A DNA stretch of 45,400 bases, from the NCBI GenBank assembly GCA_002269645.1, contig NIVC01003673.1:1-45400 (forward strand). Direction: 5' to 3'. The notes under the pieces were generated by a model. That model was not told the origin of the DNA. It ran no database searches and worked only from the letters and a program-made list of their open reading frames with translations. Made by a program: the position numbers and the translations under genes. This stretch comes from Macrostomum lignano. Lineage: Eukaryota. Shown here piece after piece: positions 26,380-38,266 of the stretch (the first letter of the stretch is position 1; each line of letters begins with the position of its first letter).

Positions 26380-26945
26380 AGTACGAGCTGACTGTTAGTG
26401 CAATTGAAAGGGGGTGATAGCGCCCATGCCCTCTTTTCACAATGGCTGAAGGTGAAGCTGCAAACTTTGTGATCAGACCCCTGAATGTCATCTGATCTAT
26501 GTTGACGAGATTGCGGATTTAACATACATGTACGTGGATCGACAAGACACACATGCGCAACGATCGAAGAGCGTAGCAAGTGAATATCATCCAGTCAATT
26601 TCACCGGATCTTGGCCTGGTTCTCTATAAGATCGTGAGCCAGACACTGACTGCCGACATACGAGTATTACTTACAGGTGTTCATCGAGGAGCTGCTCAAT
26701 TCTGGCCCATAAAGGCGTCGAAAAACAGCCGACCGTGCATTTTTGCATAATTATGGATGCAGGCGCTCGCTTTCCCAACGGAGTGAGGATCCCACAACAG
26801 CTTGAAATGAACATGGCGCGTGGTGTAGCTGCCACCATAGTGGCTTTTCTAAATCCAACTGAGAGCGCACATTCCTGCTTGAAGGCGGCAATCAAGCGCC
26901 AACTGTTTCAGCCGCGAGTACAAGTCGAATTGGACAGACCCCCCC
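26380..26945 (+). pseudogene. Heavily decayed IS630/Tc1-like transposase
   Basis: Across frameshifts: CHLIYVDE, CGFNIH, VNIIQSISPDLGLVLYKIV, CIIMD, FLNPTESAHSCLKAAIKRQL, in the expected DDE order. Confidence 0.65.
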
Positions 26946-26964
26946 TAAGTAAGTGGTCGCCATC

Positions 26965-27515
26965 ATAAGCTCGAAAAATCACTATAGCTCGAAAAGTCAC
27001 ATCGTCAAACTGATTTAGCAGACACCATCACAAGCTCGAAAAGTCACAGGCTCGAAAAATCAAATCGTCGAAAAGTTAAACAATCACCATCGCAAGCTCA
27101 AAAAGTCACAAACTCGATAAGTCACATCGTCGAAAACTGATTTAGCAGACACCATCACAAGCTCGAAAAGTCACAGGCTCGAAAAATCAAATCGTCGAAA
27201 AGTTTGACAATCACCATCGCAAGCTCAAAAAGTCACAAACTCGAAAAGTCACATCGTCGAAAAGTCACATCGTCGAAAAGTCACATCGTCGAAAAGTCAC
27301 ATTGTCGAAAAGTCACATCGTCGAAAAGTCACATCGTCGAAAGGTCACATCGTCGAAAAGTCACATTGTCGAAAAGTCACATCGTCGAAAAGTCACATCG
27401 TCGAAAAGTCATATCGTCGAAAAACTGATTTAGCAACAACCATCACAAGCTCGAAAAGGCACAAGCTCGAACCCTAACCATAACCAAGGCACAGTTAAAC
27501 CCTAACCCTAACCCT
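26965..27515. repeat. 16-bp (AAAGTCACATCGTCGA) array with a 127-bp higher-order unit, ending in (CCCTAA)n-like hexamers
   Basis: CTGATTTAGCA recurs at 27010, 27137 and 27425. Near-pure 16-mers span 27241-27420. ACCCTAACCATAACC..ACCCTAACCCTAACCCT lies at 27471-27515. Confidence 0.88.
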
Positions 27516-28352
27516 ATGGAATCGTTCGTTGAACTACATTTATTTTTTGCTTGAATTCGGTTCTTTCCATATTTTTAGAGTTCAAAAATATGAAACAGGT
27601 GAAAGAATTAACAGTTTATGTACTGGCAGCTAAAGTGCAGCCTGGATAGTTTCGACACATCTGCATGCTCCGCTTCATTCCCCACTGATACTTACACATG
27701 TAGAATAATTTCAGTGATATGTTTTTGCTAATTTTCTGCCCAGCTATCAGCTATTGATTCAGTTTTTGCTCGATTGTGCTCCATGCAGTTATATTTCTCA
27801 AAAGTGTGTGCAATTATTGCTTTCTCACCCAAATACAGTGTTAAATGCAGCTCCAGTTGACGCTGGACTGACTATAACTGAGTGCTCGGATTAATAAATT
27901 AGTTATGCCCCAAAGTCCTTAATTAGTTTGAATTATAAAGACTACTGCTGGGAATTTGAGAAATCTGTCTTCAATTATAGCGCTGATTTTCCCTGCGGAC
28001 TACATGGTGTATATCTAAATTAAATTATTGGCTTGCAAAAATATATTTATCTTAGAGTTTATACGATCGCAGGTAGCGTGTTGTTTCCACCACCGTAAAT
28101 CAACGTACGTACTACAGACCGTTAATTCTCAGAGCTGGCTTAGGTTTGAGAATGGGCATATATTTTTACGCCCAAGTGATCAAAGACGACGCTTAACTTT
28201 ATGATCAAATTAGAATACGAGCTAAATAGGTTTTATTGCAGTTTATTATTTACTGCTGGAGCCGTCCCGTGAGCCTAGCGTTTGGCAGAGCCGCGCGGTG
28301 CAAAATCAAAACTAGAGGGTTGCGCTGGGTCACTAGATTAAGTAGAGTTAAA

Positions 28353-30322
28353 TGATGGGTTTCGGCCTTTTCGGCTCCTTTGTGGAAGCCTTCGGGCCTC
28401 AGGTCTCAGAAATGAATCCATTAGAGTCCTGGCCCCCCCACTCCTGTCAGATGGTCAGCCCCATGGTAGCTTGATCTTGTGGCGAGCAGTATATAGGTCC
28501 TATATCTAAGAGAGGGACAGCGAGAGACAAGCAGGGAGAATTTTGAAGGTAGAGATTAGCCAATCCGCAGATCAACTAACCCTCTGCCACCAGCCCGTGC
28601 GTTCTGGCTCACCACACCGGTACTCTCGAAATCGGGCTTCCGACTAGAGCGGGCTTAGCACTTACCTGCCAACTAGTGTCTTTGCTGTCAATCTCCAAGT
28701 CATAGCCGATGATAAGGGACACTGCTGGGACTAGATCGCATTGGCCATGCAGGTACAGAGGGGACTTGTGCAGGGGATTCTTGCAGTGGCGAGACTATGG
28801 GGTAGCTACAAGTACTATTACATTGCTAAATACGAGGAATTGTACTTTTGGCCTTCAACGCGCCAACTAGCCTCTCGTAGCGCTGATGATAGGCTAACTC
28901 GAACATCGGAGACCGCATGATTCATTACCCGAGCCGCTTGGCAAACCTAGAGTGCACAGAGTACATCTCTAGCGCCGATTTTGCACTATTGGCAATTTTC
29001 CTAACTGATTTGATAGATTGATCGACTGAGGACTGCCTTGCCATTGGTCCATTGTGACCGGCGCCTACTAGCTTAGCTACTCATCTGAGCCATCGGCGGA
29101 CAAAGAAACGAAACTGATACAAACGACTGTCAGATTTAACCTTCTCACTAAATCACTTCACACTTCAGATTGAATTGGAGTATCAGACTACTATCAGTAT
29201 TATTGAATGATCTCTGCCTCAGCAACAGCACTACTGAACAGAATGAGCAAAAGTGTGCGCCTAATCCAGCTACTGAAATAGGGAACAGATAGGGGATCAC
29301 CCAATCAAGCAAGTCTAGGTATAGCCTCTCACCCAACCAATCAGAAACTCAACAGCCGGAGACCAGGTAATCCACAGTGACCGAATCGGCTTAGTGCTTC
29401 GCAGCTGTAGACCCGGGATGATGCTGATGTCACAATCTTCGCAGATAGCTGGCAGGTGATGTTCTTAATCTTGATGTTCGCTGCTGACGACCGGGGGGAT
29501 TCCTCCTTGATGATGATGGGGAAAGTCGCGATCCGGGGATCACGAGACGACGGTCGAGCACCGGGAGGTCTAAGTTAGGCCAAGGTCCCAGGAGGCGGAT
29601 CAGGAGGTTGAGTCCGAGTGGGCCAAAAACACCGGTTTAAATAGCCGCCAACTGGACCGCAATTTGTTATAATGGAACAGTTATAACGCACGTCAAATTT
29701 TGCGATTGGCTGAGCTTGTTGCCACCCAAACTCACGTGACCAGAAGATCCTATCAGTTCCCTCGGGGCCATAAAAATACGCAGGTGCGGTCATAAATCAC
29801 TCAAAATCGCTACAAAATGATTTATGACCTTTCGCGTAGGAATGACAAAAATTAATGAAAAAAATATGCATTAGAAAGCTCTTATTAAGTAGAAAGTGAA
29901 GATAATGAAGAGAAATCGCTAATCGCTAATCCCAACGTACTTTTAGGGGTAAAACGCATAGCTGTCAAAGCTGTCACACGCTTGAGTGAACACGAACAAT
30001 AGGCCCTGACCTCATAAATTTTGATGGCCTGTCAAAATGATGAGAAAAAAGCTACCGCTCGCATCCTCTCAGACCATCTGGCGCCAGCCTCCGCATTGAG
30101 TGAGGCGCAGGTGGCTGTCAGACCAGCTCGAAAGCAATGATTTATGACCCAAAAGCCGCACATATGTTATTATAACTACAAGTATGGCAAAATCATATAA
30201 CTAGTATGAAGTCTATGAAAATTACAAAAAAAGAGAAAAACACCCATAGCCTGCTGTTAGTAGGCTAGCAAGTTTGGAGCCCATGTGCGAGCGTGAAAGT
30301 TGGAAAAAGTGCGTCCTCATCA
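28353..30322 (-). mobile_element. Solo LTR-like element, copy B (1970 bp)
   Basis: Reverse complement of 12644-14630 (roughly 85-90% identical by eye), with TGATG..CATCA ends and a 4-bp TSD TAAA on both sides. Confidence 0.8.
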
Positions 30323-30403
30323 TAAAAAAATTTAAGCAAATTACAAAGCAGTAAAACATAAAAGTGTAAAGAGAAATGAAAAGGAGAGGAAAGGAGAGTT
30401 ACA

Positions 30404-31519
30404 TGTCAGCCCGTTTAGTGCGGGTTTAAATAATGCGCGTAAGTTCCATCCCGGGAACTTTAGGGGGCCTGACAGTGGGGCGATAATGCCCCGCGAATGG
30501 CGAGCACTGATACGCAACAAAGAGCAATTAGAAAAGGGGGCCGAATCCGGACAATGGACACCGGGCTCCGACGGATGGACCGCTGAGAGTCCTGACGGTG
30601 GAGGTGGGAGGGATCCCGGCTGCGGGCACCAAAGATGACGAAAGATTTTCGTTATCTCGCAGACGAGCCCGTCCGCATGACTTACACGCGTTCCAGTGGA
30701 GGACTAAAAAATTGCATGAATCACGCGCTGAAGAAAATAGAAATTAAAAATTTAAATGGTCAAAAACACGTAAAGTGCTAGTGTGGTAGTGTGAGCTACA
30801 TTTACCACGTTCGAGTAATCTACTGCTCGCGCGAACTTGATCGTTATCGTCCAAGGTTTGGCCCCATTTGTACCTCCACCTTGAGGTGCTGCCCCGACGT
30901 CTTTGCACCTTCGTCATCGTCCCAATTCCCGAGTTGGCCCATCTTTTCCCGTGTTTGGCACCCCGTTTCCCAGTCCTAGTCTTGTCATCCCAATTTTTGG
31001 TTTTCGTAATTTTTGCTTATGCCCCCCCTGTAATTTTGTTATGTACCAGGCGTTGACTGCGGTGTGCACCAACTTCTGCCCGCACCCGGCCATCTGATAT
31101 ACAATTTGCGTCATCGCCGGAAACCCGTGAACCTATTCAATTATTCGTGCGCATGGTGTTTTTGCTTTTCTACTTCTTTTCTCTCTGGAAGATTACGTTA
31201 TGCCCATTTAAGTTACCGTTATTTTCACCGCTTATTTGACTTTCTTTAATCAGCTACAAAAAAATTAACTTACTGATCCCTAATTAGCGAGCCTCGCGCA
31301 CCGCGGCTCCCCCGTTTATCGTCATCCCTCGTTTGTTACTTTGGTTGACTCCGATCCTAATTTACTAAATTTAACTCAATAAAATACGCCTATTTAAGCA
31401 CATTAGCCTCTCTTAAGTGATTTGCCCGTGGGGCGTAAAATAACAAAATTAATCTCAATTCCGCACGAGCTCTGAGAAAAGCAACTTTCCGTAATACGTA
31501 AATTACGGTGGTGGCAGCG
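30404..31519 (+). mobile_element. Possible LTR followed by a primer-binding-site-like sequence
   Basis: Starts TGTCAG, has AATAAA near 31380, and ends TTACG-G-TGGTGGCAGCG (31509-31519; complementary to the 3' end of tRNA-Leu as I recall it). The 3' half resembles the reverse complement of 28087-28330. No TSD. Confidence 0.4.
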
Positions 31520-32119
31520 CTTACTCTACTGACAGTAATCAGCTAAGCATTTTCGACGTACACTGAACTTCGGTGTCTAAGGACCCCATTTGAACGACCG
31601 TGCCTAACGAAGACCGCTCGACTACGACCACAACTACCCTCCCCCCGGAATTGAGGACCCCGGCAGATATAGTATCAAGGAGAAAACTCGTGGAAAGTTA
31701 AACTGAGCGATTTCCGGCTTTAATTCGTGCAAACTCAACGCCGGCGGAAATTCAAAATATTATACCGCCTCCTTTTTGAAGCCTAGTGGACCAGTGACCG
31801 CGGTTTTTTAGTTCCAGTTCCCGATAAGAAAATAATAACAAAAAGATCGATTTGGCAAAAAACAGTTGAATGTAAAAGGATTTTTGGCTCGAAACTAAAA
31901 TTTACCATCTGAAATCTGTGTTTACATAAAAAATCAGCTTCACAGACCTTACTGTCTCTTCAGTGCACGTCTCCAATCTTGCATAGCGTGATGTTGAAAC
32001 GTCAGAAACTGTCGGATTTCGTAGCTACAAGGGTTTGTAACTTTGAATTTGTAAAATAACCGGCTACTTATACTCGTAGGTAATTATAGAACAACAGTAA
32101 CAAAAATACGCAGTCGCCC

Positions 32120-33470
32120 CAGTAGTCAGTGGAGGGAGTGTCAGGTGACATGTCAGCAGGCGAAGAATCAATTGTCCGGCCCATTGATCGACAGTGTCGG
32201 GTGGCCCAACGTTGCTCAGGATGCAGTTCACGTATCTCCGTGTTCTCGGTCCTCGGCTTGGGCAATAGCCCGGATAACGTACCGCCTGTCATTTGGAGTC
32301 GCCGTCTCGTTGCAGGAGGGTACATCCTTGGACAGGACGCTTTTGTCAGCCTGAACGCATAGAGCAGCCCCGCGGGCCGAGTGCTCCAATTGTCCAGCTG
32401 TTGCTCCAGCGTGGCCGTTAACATCGGGACGCTAGAATTCGCGCGACTGGATTTCGCGTGACTGGATTTCGCGCGATCTGGCATTCGAGCGACTTCATTT
32501 GGGCGACTGGAAATCGCACGACCTGGAATTGAAGCGCGCGACTTCTTTCTAGCGACTGGATTTCACACGACTGGATTTAAATCAAGTCGATCGAAATCTG
32601 GTTGCGCGAAATTCAGTCGCGCAAAATCCAGTCGCACGAAATTCTACGTCACGCGAAATCTAGTCACTTGAAGTAAGTCGCGAGAAATGATGCAGTCAAA
32701 TTCAATTTCAGGTCGCCTAAAATCTTCCGATTCGCGCAAAATCCTGGTGCGCAGAAGACAATTAGCGCAAAATCCAGTAGCGCGAATTCTAGCGTCCTTC
32801 GAACATCCACGTCTCTGCAGCGTTGTCGAGCAACACAGTCTCAACAGCCGAGCCCTCTGACGATCGGGCAGCGCTTTGGACTGAAGGATGACGCGAATCG
32901 ACTGGTAGGCCGTCCAGGCAAGTCCTCTCGATCTAGATCGTCGTCGCCGAATTTCGTCCTCAACGTTGGGCATCAGATTGGCGAGGCGAACCGCTGACAG
33001 CGCGCGAGGTTGGTCGTCTGCCCGTCTGCGCCGCGGCATGTCAGCTCCGCTGGGATATCGGCTCGCTGAGATGGTCATGCCAGCGCCTCGGTCTTTCAGC
33101 GTGTAGACAAATAGGCCGACACCTTGATGCCACCTCGACCAACCTTAATCTAGCGCTGTGCACCATCAACAGTTGAGGACAGGAGTGTAAGGTCGTCGGC
33201 GTAGCACAAAACCGCTCAGGCGGCAACCGATGTGTCTGCGCAGCAGGAAGCCGTCGCCTGCTGAAGGGGGTCCGTTCGGAAGCTGCACAATCCATGCCAG
33301 GAGTAGCACGAAGAGGAACGGCGCTAGAATGTGTCGCTCTGTGTAGCACTCTTAAACGAAGTTTCAGACAAGGTCAGACAAGCCGTCTGCCGTCACCACA
33401 GCGTATCACCATACAACGATATGATGGCGTCAACTAGCTGCTGGGAACTCGACAGGTTCGTAGGACAAAA
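32120..33470 (-). mobile_element. Decayed RTE-type LINE fragment (RT core to C-terminus)
   Basis: LVDAIISLY..ADGLSD; LAPFLFVLL; YADD at 33203-33192; GLAWTAYQSIRVILQSKALPDRQRA; ETVLL; LTATLEQQLD; RRRLQ. Multiple frameshifts. Confidence 0.85.
32427..32797. mobile_element. 371-bp foldback element with inverted arrays of 15-bp units
   Basis: Perfect 18-bp TIR GGACGCTAGAATTCGCGC. The left arm has GCGACTGGATTTCGC-like units and the right arm their complements. It interrupts the RTE frame. Confidence 0.85.
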
Positions 33471-33534
33471 GGAAGTGCTGCTCTTAGCACTGAATCAAAT
33501 GCCATAAAAATTAAAAACCCTAAAAATGCCGAGT

Positions 33535-33576
33535 AAAGGCCGAGACCTTTCACAGTCGTGAAAGGTCTCGGCCTTT
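33535..33576. other. Perfect 19-bp stem, 4-nt loop hairpin
   Basis: AAAGGCCGAGACCTTTCAC-AGTC-GTGAAAGGTCTCGGCCTTT. Confidence 0.9.
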
Positions 33577-35196
33577 CGGAGTTGTAACTCCTCTAATTTC
33601 CAATTTTTCCGAGGTTCATGCTGGCGCGTACAGACTTCATTCATATGCAATTGTTTCCAGCTTGTACATTGTTTCATTTTTACGAAATTGTACCTTTAAA
33701 TGCATAATCACATGCAAGGGCCCGTGTCACCACACGGGACAGGGGCCGACATCGGGACAACTTTGCATATGCCCCCCCCCCCTGGCCTGAGTAAAATCTA
33801 TGAAAAATCGAACAAAATGAGTGTCTGTGTGGCATAATTGAGTGTTAAAACACCGATATAAAAATATTGTACTGATTTCGTCACTCAGAATTCTTGACTT
33901 TGTCCCCCACCATAAAATCCATAGCGACGCGCTCACGCCCCTGATCACATGCAAGCTAAGAATTACATCTAGTTGTGCAACATATTTACATGTTTAATAT
34001 TTGATCAATTAGATTTGTAACGTCTGCAGAGAAATTACAATTAATCATTCAAGGTGCACTATTGGATTAATTTACGTAATGACTGTATTAAATTATTGAT
34101 AGAATTTTTACGAAAATTACATGTATTCTTCTGCAGAAGTAACATCATAATCTTATAAATTGCATGTATCTCATCTTATATTTTTATCTCAATATTTTTA
34201 TTTCACATGTAATATTCAAAACCCATGTTTTATAAGGACCTTTAACTTTTACGCACTTTTAGGCGTCAATTAAAACCATTATTTGAATTGCTATTAGTTA
34301 ATTTCTTAATTTCCCACAATATTTGTGAGTTTAAATTAATTGTAGTTAACTTAATTGTAGTTAACTACTGTATTTATCAAGTGTAAAAAGAACGAAACAT
34401 TTTTTTTATAAATGTCTACTAGTTTATTTGTTTATTCATTCTAAATATTAATTTTTTATTTTTATCATATTTTAAGGAGTTCTTACTTCATATCGTTATC
34501 GTCACAGTATCACATATAACGATAATGTAGATCGAGCTGCTTCGAGTGGAACCGTGCTTTTTGGAATATTCACCTCTATTTTAGTACTTGTTTCTACAAA
34601 AAATAGAGATAAAATAAAAAAAGTTTGAATAATATAGTATTTTATTCAATTTTTTGAACCTTAATGTCAATTTCATTCTTAAAGCAATAAAAAATTGTTT
34701 CAATATGCATTTTAACATCCGTTACGGCGGGATTTTAAAGTACGATTTGGGAACTGGAACTAAAAAACCGGAGGCTTTTTATTACCTTCCAGAATCAGAA
34801 TCGGTTCGGATCTTCCAAGAAAAATAGCAGTATAACTATTTAATTCTGTTGAATGTTTGACTGCCTTAACAACTTCACTTAGCACCATTTTTCACTTTCT
34901 TCTTGGCGATTGTCATTCAATAATAAAAACTTTATAGCAGTTATGGAGACAAAAAGTTATAACTTCACAAATTGGTTCTGGTTCTGGAACCAGAACAAGC
35001 AATATGAAAAGGCCCCCCGGTCATAGACTCGTAGTGGACCAACAGCCGCCGACCACAAAAATTTTCATTTTCTCCGCCGCCACCTCACTAGCACCATCAC
35101 CACTACTACACTCTGAGCCTTTCCGTTTATAAACCATGGACAGGAGAAATTCTAAGTGTTTGAGTCACGAAAAATTGATACTGACATACTGTCGCC

Positions 35197-36001
35197 TAGG
35201 GATGTCGACCCTGGGGAGTGCTCCCCGGGGCCCGGGGGAGCTTGTCGGGGAATACTCCCCGGGGAATTGAAAAGGGGACCCGGGGAGAAAAAAAGCATTT
35301 TTAACTTAATTTTCGCCATTTAAAGAAGAAAATCATTCACAGAAAGCTGATTGAAACTCTGTCTATGCTTTTTTTTACAGCAAAATGCTTATTTCAATGT
35401 ACAGTATTATTTTAAACACAACACACGTTTGAATGTTTTTTAATTTCCACTACATGAGTCTTTCAATCTAGCAAATTGCGCGTACGAGCGTAGAAACCCG
35501 TCAGGAAAAAGAAGCCTTACTGACTATTGTGTTAATCTGCGTTGACGGCTTGACGCATTTGACGCAGGCATGCAGCGCTGTGTCCTGCGTCAGTCACTGA
35601 CGCATAGGGGGGTGTCATTACAATAACAAAATACTCCCTATTATACAAGGACAAAATGGTGATGTATCTGCAACTGCAAGAAATTAAAATTCCGATTATA
35701 AAAGCAGTCTCATTCATTAATTATCCTCCCACGAGTGTAGCTGCTGAGCATGCATTTTCCGCCTCCGGAGTCTGGACTCTTTCTGACAAAGGTAGGTGCG
35801 CGCACGATTTGGTGATGTCACGTTGTCAAATTAAATACAGTTTTAAACAAACATTGCTTAAAGTTTTTATCCTTGCGCCTTGAACATGTAGTCCGAAGCT
35901 TTAATCAAAGTTTTAAAAATGCCACTTTATTACTTAAGATCTAAGTTATCCGCCGTTTTTTACTTATTTTTTCTTTTCCCCGGGGAATCGCGACATCCCT
36001 A
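35197..36001. mobile_element. 805-bp non-autonomous hAT element
   Basis: TIR TAGGGATGTCG / CGACATCCCTA, a perfect 8-bp TSD CTGTCGCC and CCCCGGGG subterminal motifs. An internal PPTSVAAEHAFSASG (about 35725-35770, +) resembles the hAT dimerisation motif. Confidence 0.93.
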
Positions 36002-36761
36002 CTGTCGCCTTTGTATATAGCACATTAGCCCTTTGCTTTGGCTAGGGATGTATGGTCATCGAATTTATTGGTAATGGTAAGTTATCAAGTTAGTCAGTCT
36101 GCAAAGTTTAGCCTACTAGGCAGTTCTATCTCATGTCATAAATTTGCCATTTGCCTGACTTCGAGTTAGACAAATTGATAGTTTTGTAATGTTAATTAAG
36201 TAAATAAAAGCTAGTCTAGTTCTAATCTATAAAATTAAAGTAATATATAATTAGAGTAAAATTTTCATTTTTAGTATATTTGATTTTCTTTCATAAAATA
36301 TTAGTTTAGCTAGTTTAGGGCCTAGGCTTTTAGGCTTACTTTAGGGTAGGGATAGAACTAGAACATAATTATTATTAATATTAGGCCTATTTATTATTAA
36401 GACTTACTTATTAATTAATTAATGCCAATGACAATGAGAAGCATATGCCTAAGGCTAAGATAGCCCTAGCCTAGCCACACTTTAAATCGTATATAGTATT
36501 TGCCCAAAAAATAAGCAAGCATTGGTCTTGAATGTAACATAGGGCTAACTTTTGTCCCTTAGAATAATCCTATTGTCAAAGGGCTAACCTTTTGTATTTA
36601 TAAATAATCTCACAATGCCACCAAAGTTGATGTAGGGGTTAGTTCCCTCTATTAATATCTCAGTAATTAGCCACCAAAGTTGTAATAGGCATGGTTAAAC
36701 TTCTCTCTATTAATGTACTTTTGTATCAATGTACTTATACCTATTAGTAGTGTCTAGTATA

Positions 36762-37312
36762 GGCAATCCTACACTTCCGTTCGGTAAATTATTTTGACAT
36801 TGAATTTTGAACAGGCGTGGTAAATAACAATGTAACCAAACAAAACTAAAACAGTGGAACATGGTAGCAGTCTGTTAGAGCGCATAGTCACTTAGAGTGT
36901 GTCTGCAGGTCATTAAGGTGTCTACAATAGATAGTAATGTCCAATCCAGTACAGGATAGCCCCAAATGGACATTGGGGATACAGACGACGCCAGAGAAAT
37001 TCCTCAATGTGTGCATCGAAGAGAGCGTCGCTCGTGCCATGCATGTTGCGGATCTTGCGCTTCGCGTGGGCCCATGTGCCCTCCACGGTGTTGGTGTGGA
37101 CATGTCTCCATGGCAATGAAGACTGGAAGATATGAGAAATTGAAGCTCAATAATGAGCAGCTCACAAGCAACAGCTCCCTTAAACTGACACCCCTTTAAA
37201 CTCTGTTCGCTCAAACTTTTGGCCATAGACACATTGCCAATCAACGTCATTTGACTCAGTGGTACGAATTCAAATGTGAAAATAATTTACCGAACGGAAG
37301 TGTAGGATTGCC
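36762..37312 (-). mobile_element. 551-bp Merlin (IS1016-like) deletion derivative
   Basis: Perfect 34-bp TIR GGCAATCCTACACTTCCGTTCGGTAAATTATTTT. Remnant HTNTVEGTWAHAKRK..GTSDALFDAHIEEFLWRR..FGAILYWIGHYY at 37116-36922. The right flank GTGTCTATA versus left flank GTGTCTAGTATA suggests a 9-bp TSD with a 3-bp insertion. Confidence 0.88.
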
Positions 37313-37431
37313 GTGTCTATACATATACTATACTCTTTGGCCTGAGCGGTCTAATGGCACAGTCTACTCTATTTACTCCTATAAGTTTTCTCTCAGTCCT
37401 TGACCTTGGCATTCCCTAGCCTAGATCAAAG

Positions 37432-37891
37432 CCATAGTCCGGATCATGGCAGGCGTACGCCGGAGTGAAAATTCGTATCTTTTCAATTTTACGCCGACGT
37501 AAAGTTCAAAATTTTTTTATGCCAAGTCAAAAGTTGTTTATACACCAACTTTTTAAAGAATTTGTATTTTTTAAAACTTAAAAATAATTATTTACTTGAA
37601 AACGGCTGATTTTTTCCAAAAACTAATATTCTTTGTTTTAATTTTGTTTTTCTCGTAAATTTCGTTAATATTTTCTGTTTTGTTAACCGTTTATATTCAG
37701 AAGAGCTTTGGTTAATTGATATTTAACTACACGATTGCATCAGCCCTGAACTTTTCTATTTCTTGTATGCCAGTTGTTTACACTTCATGTTGAACCTGAA
37801 TATTCTATACGCCAAATGTACGCCAAGATTGTCAGCGAGTGCAAAATTACGCCGGAAAATTCCGGCGTAAAGGCCACCTTCCGGACTATGG
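37432..37891. mobile_element. 460-bp MITE of the CCATAGTC family
   Basis: Ends CCATAGTCCGGA / TCCGGACTATGG, a perfect 8-bp TSD GATCAAAG, and TACGCC subterminal motifs shared with 38060-44201. Confidence 0.92.
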
Positions 37892-38266
37892 GATCAAAGG
37901 TCATAGCCTTATGCATTTTCTTTGCCCTGAGGCCAAGATGGAATTCTTGCACAAAAGTTGTTATGCATTTGTACGTGCTTGTCAAATTTGTTTGCGCTTG
38001 CGCGCTGAAAAGGAGCCTACTTGGGCACTCTTAAAGAAGGTGTGTGCACGCTCCATTGTCCATAGTCAGGAAGGTGTCCAGTGTACGCCGGAATGAAAAT
38101 TAAGAAAAAATGTTGTTTACGCCAAAATTGAAAAGCCCTAAAAAAGCGCTTTTTGACGTATGCCAAAATTGAATAGCCCAAAAAAGCGTACGCCAAAATT
38201 GAGGACCCAAAAAAACGCTGCAATTTACAGATTTAAAATTTATGTATTAATTACCTATTAAAAAGT

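Noticed and set aside
27471-27515. Telomere
   Set aside because: Only a few imperfect hexamers, internal, attached to a tandem-repeat element.
31800-34771. 22-bp inverted match GGGAACTGGAACTAAAAAACCG as ends of one element
   Set aside because: No TSD or terminal signature; more likely two fragments of a small dispersed repeat.
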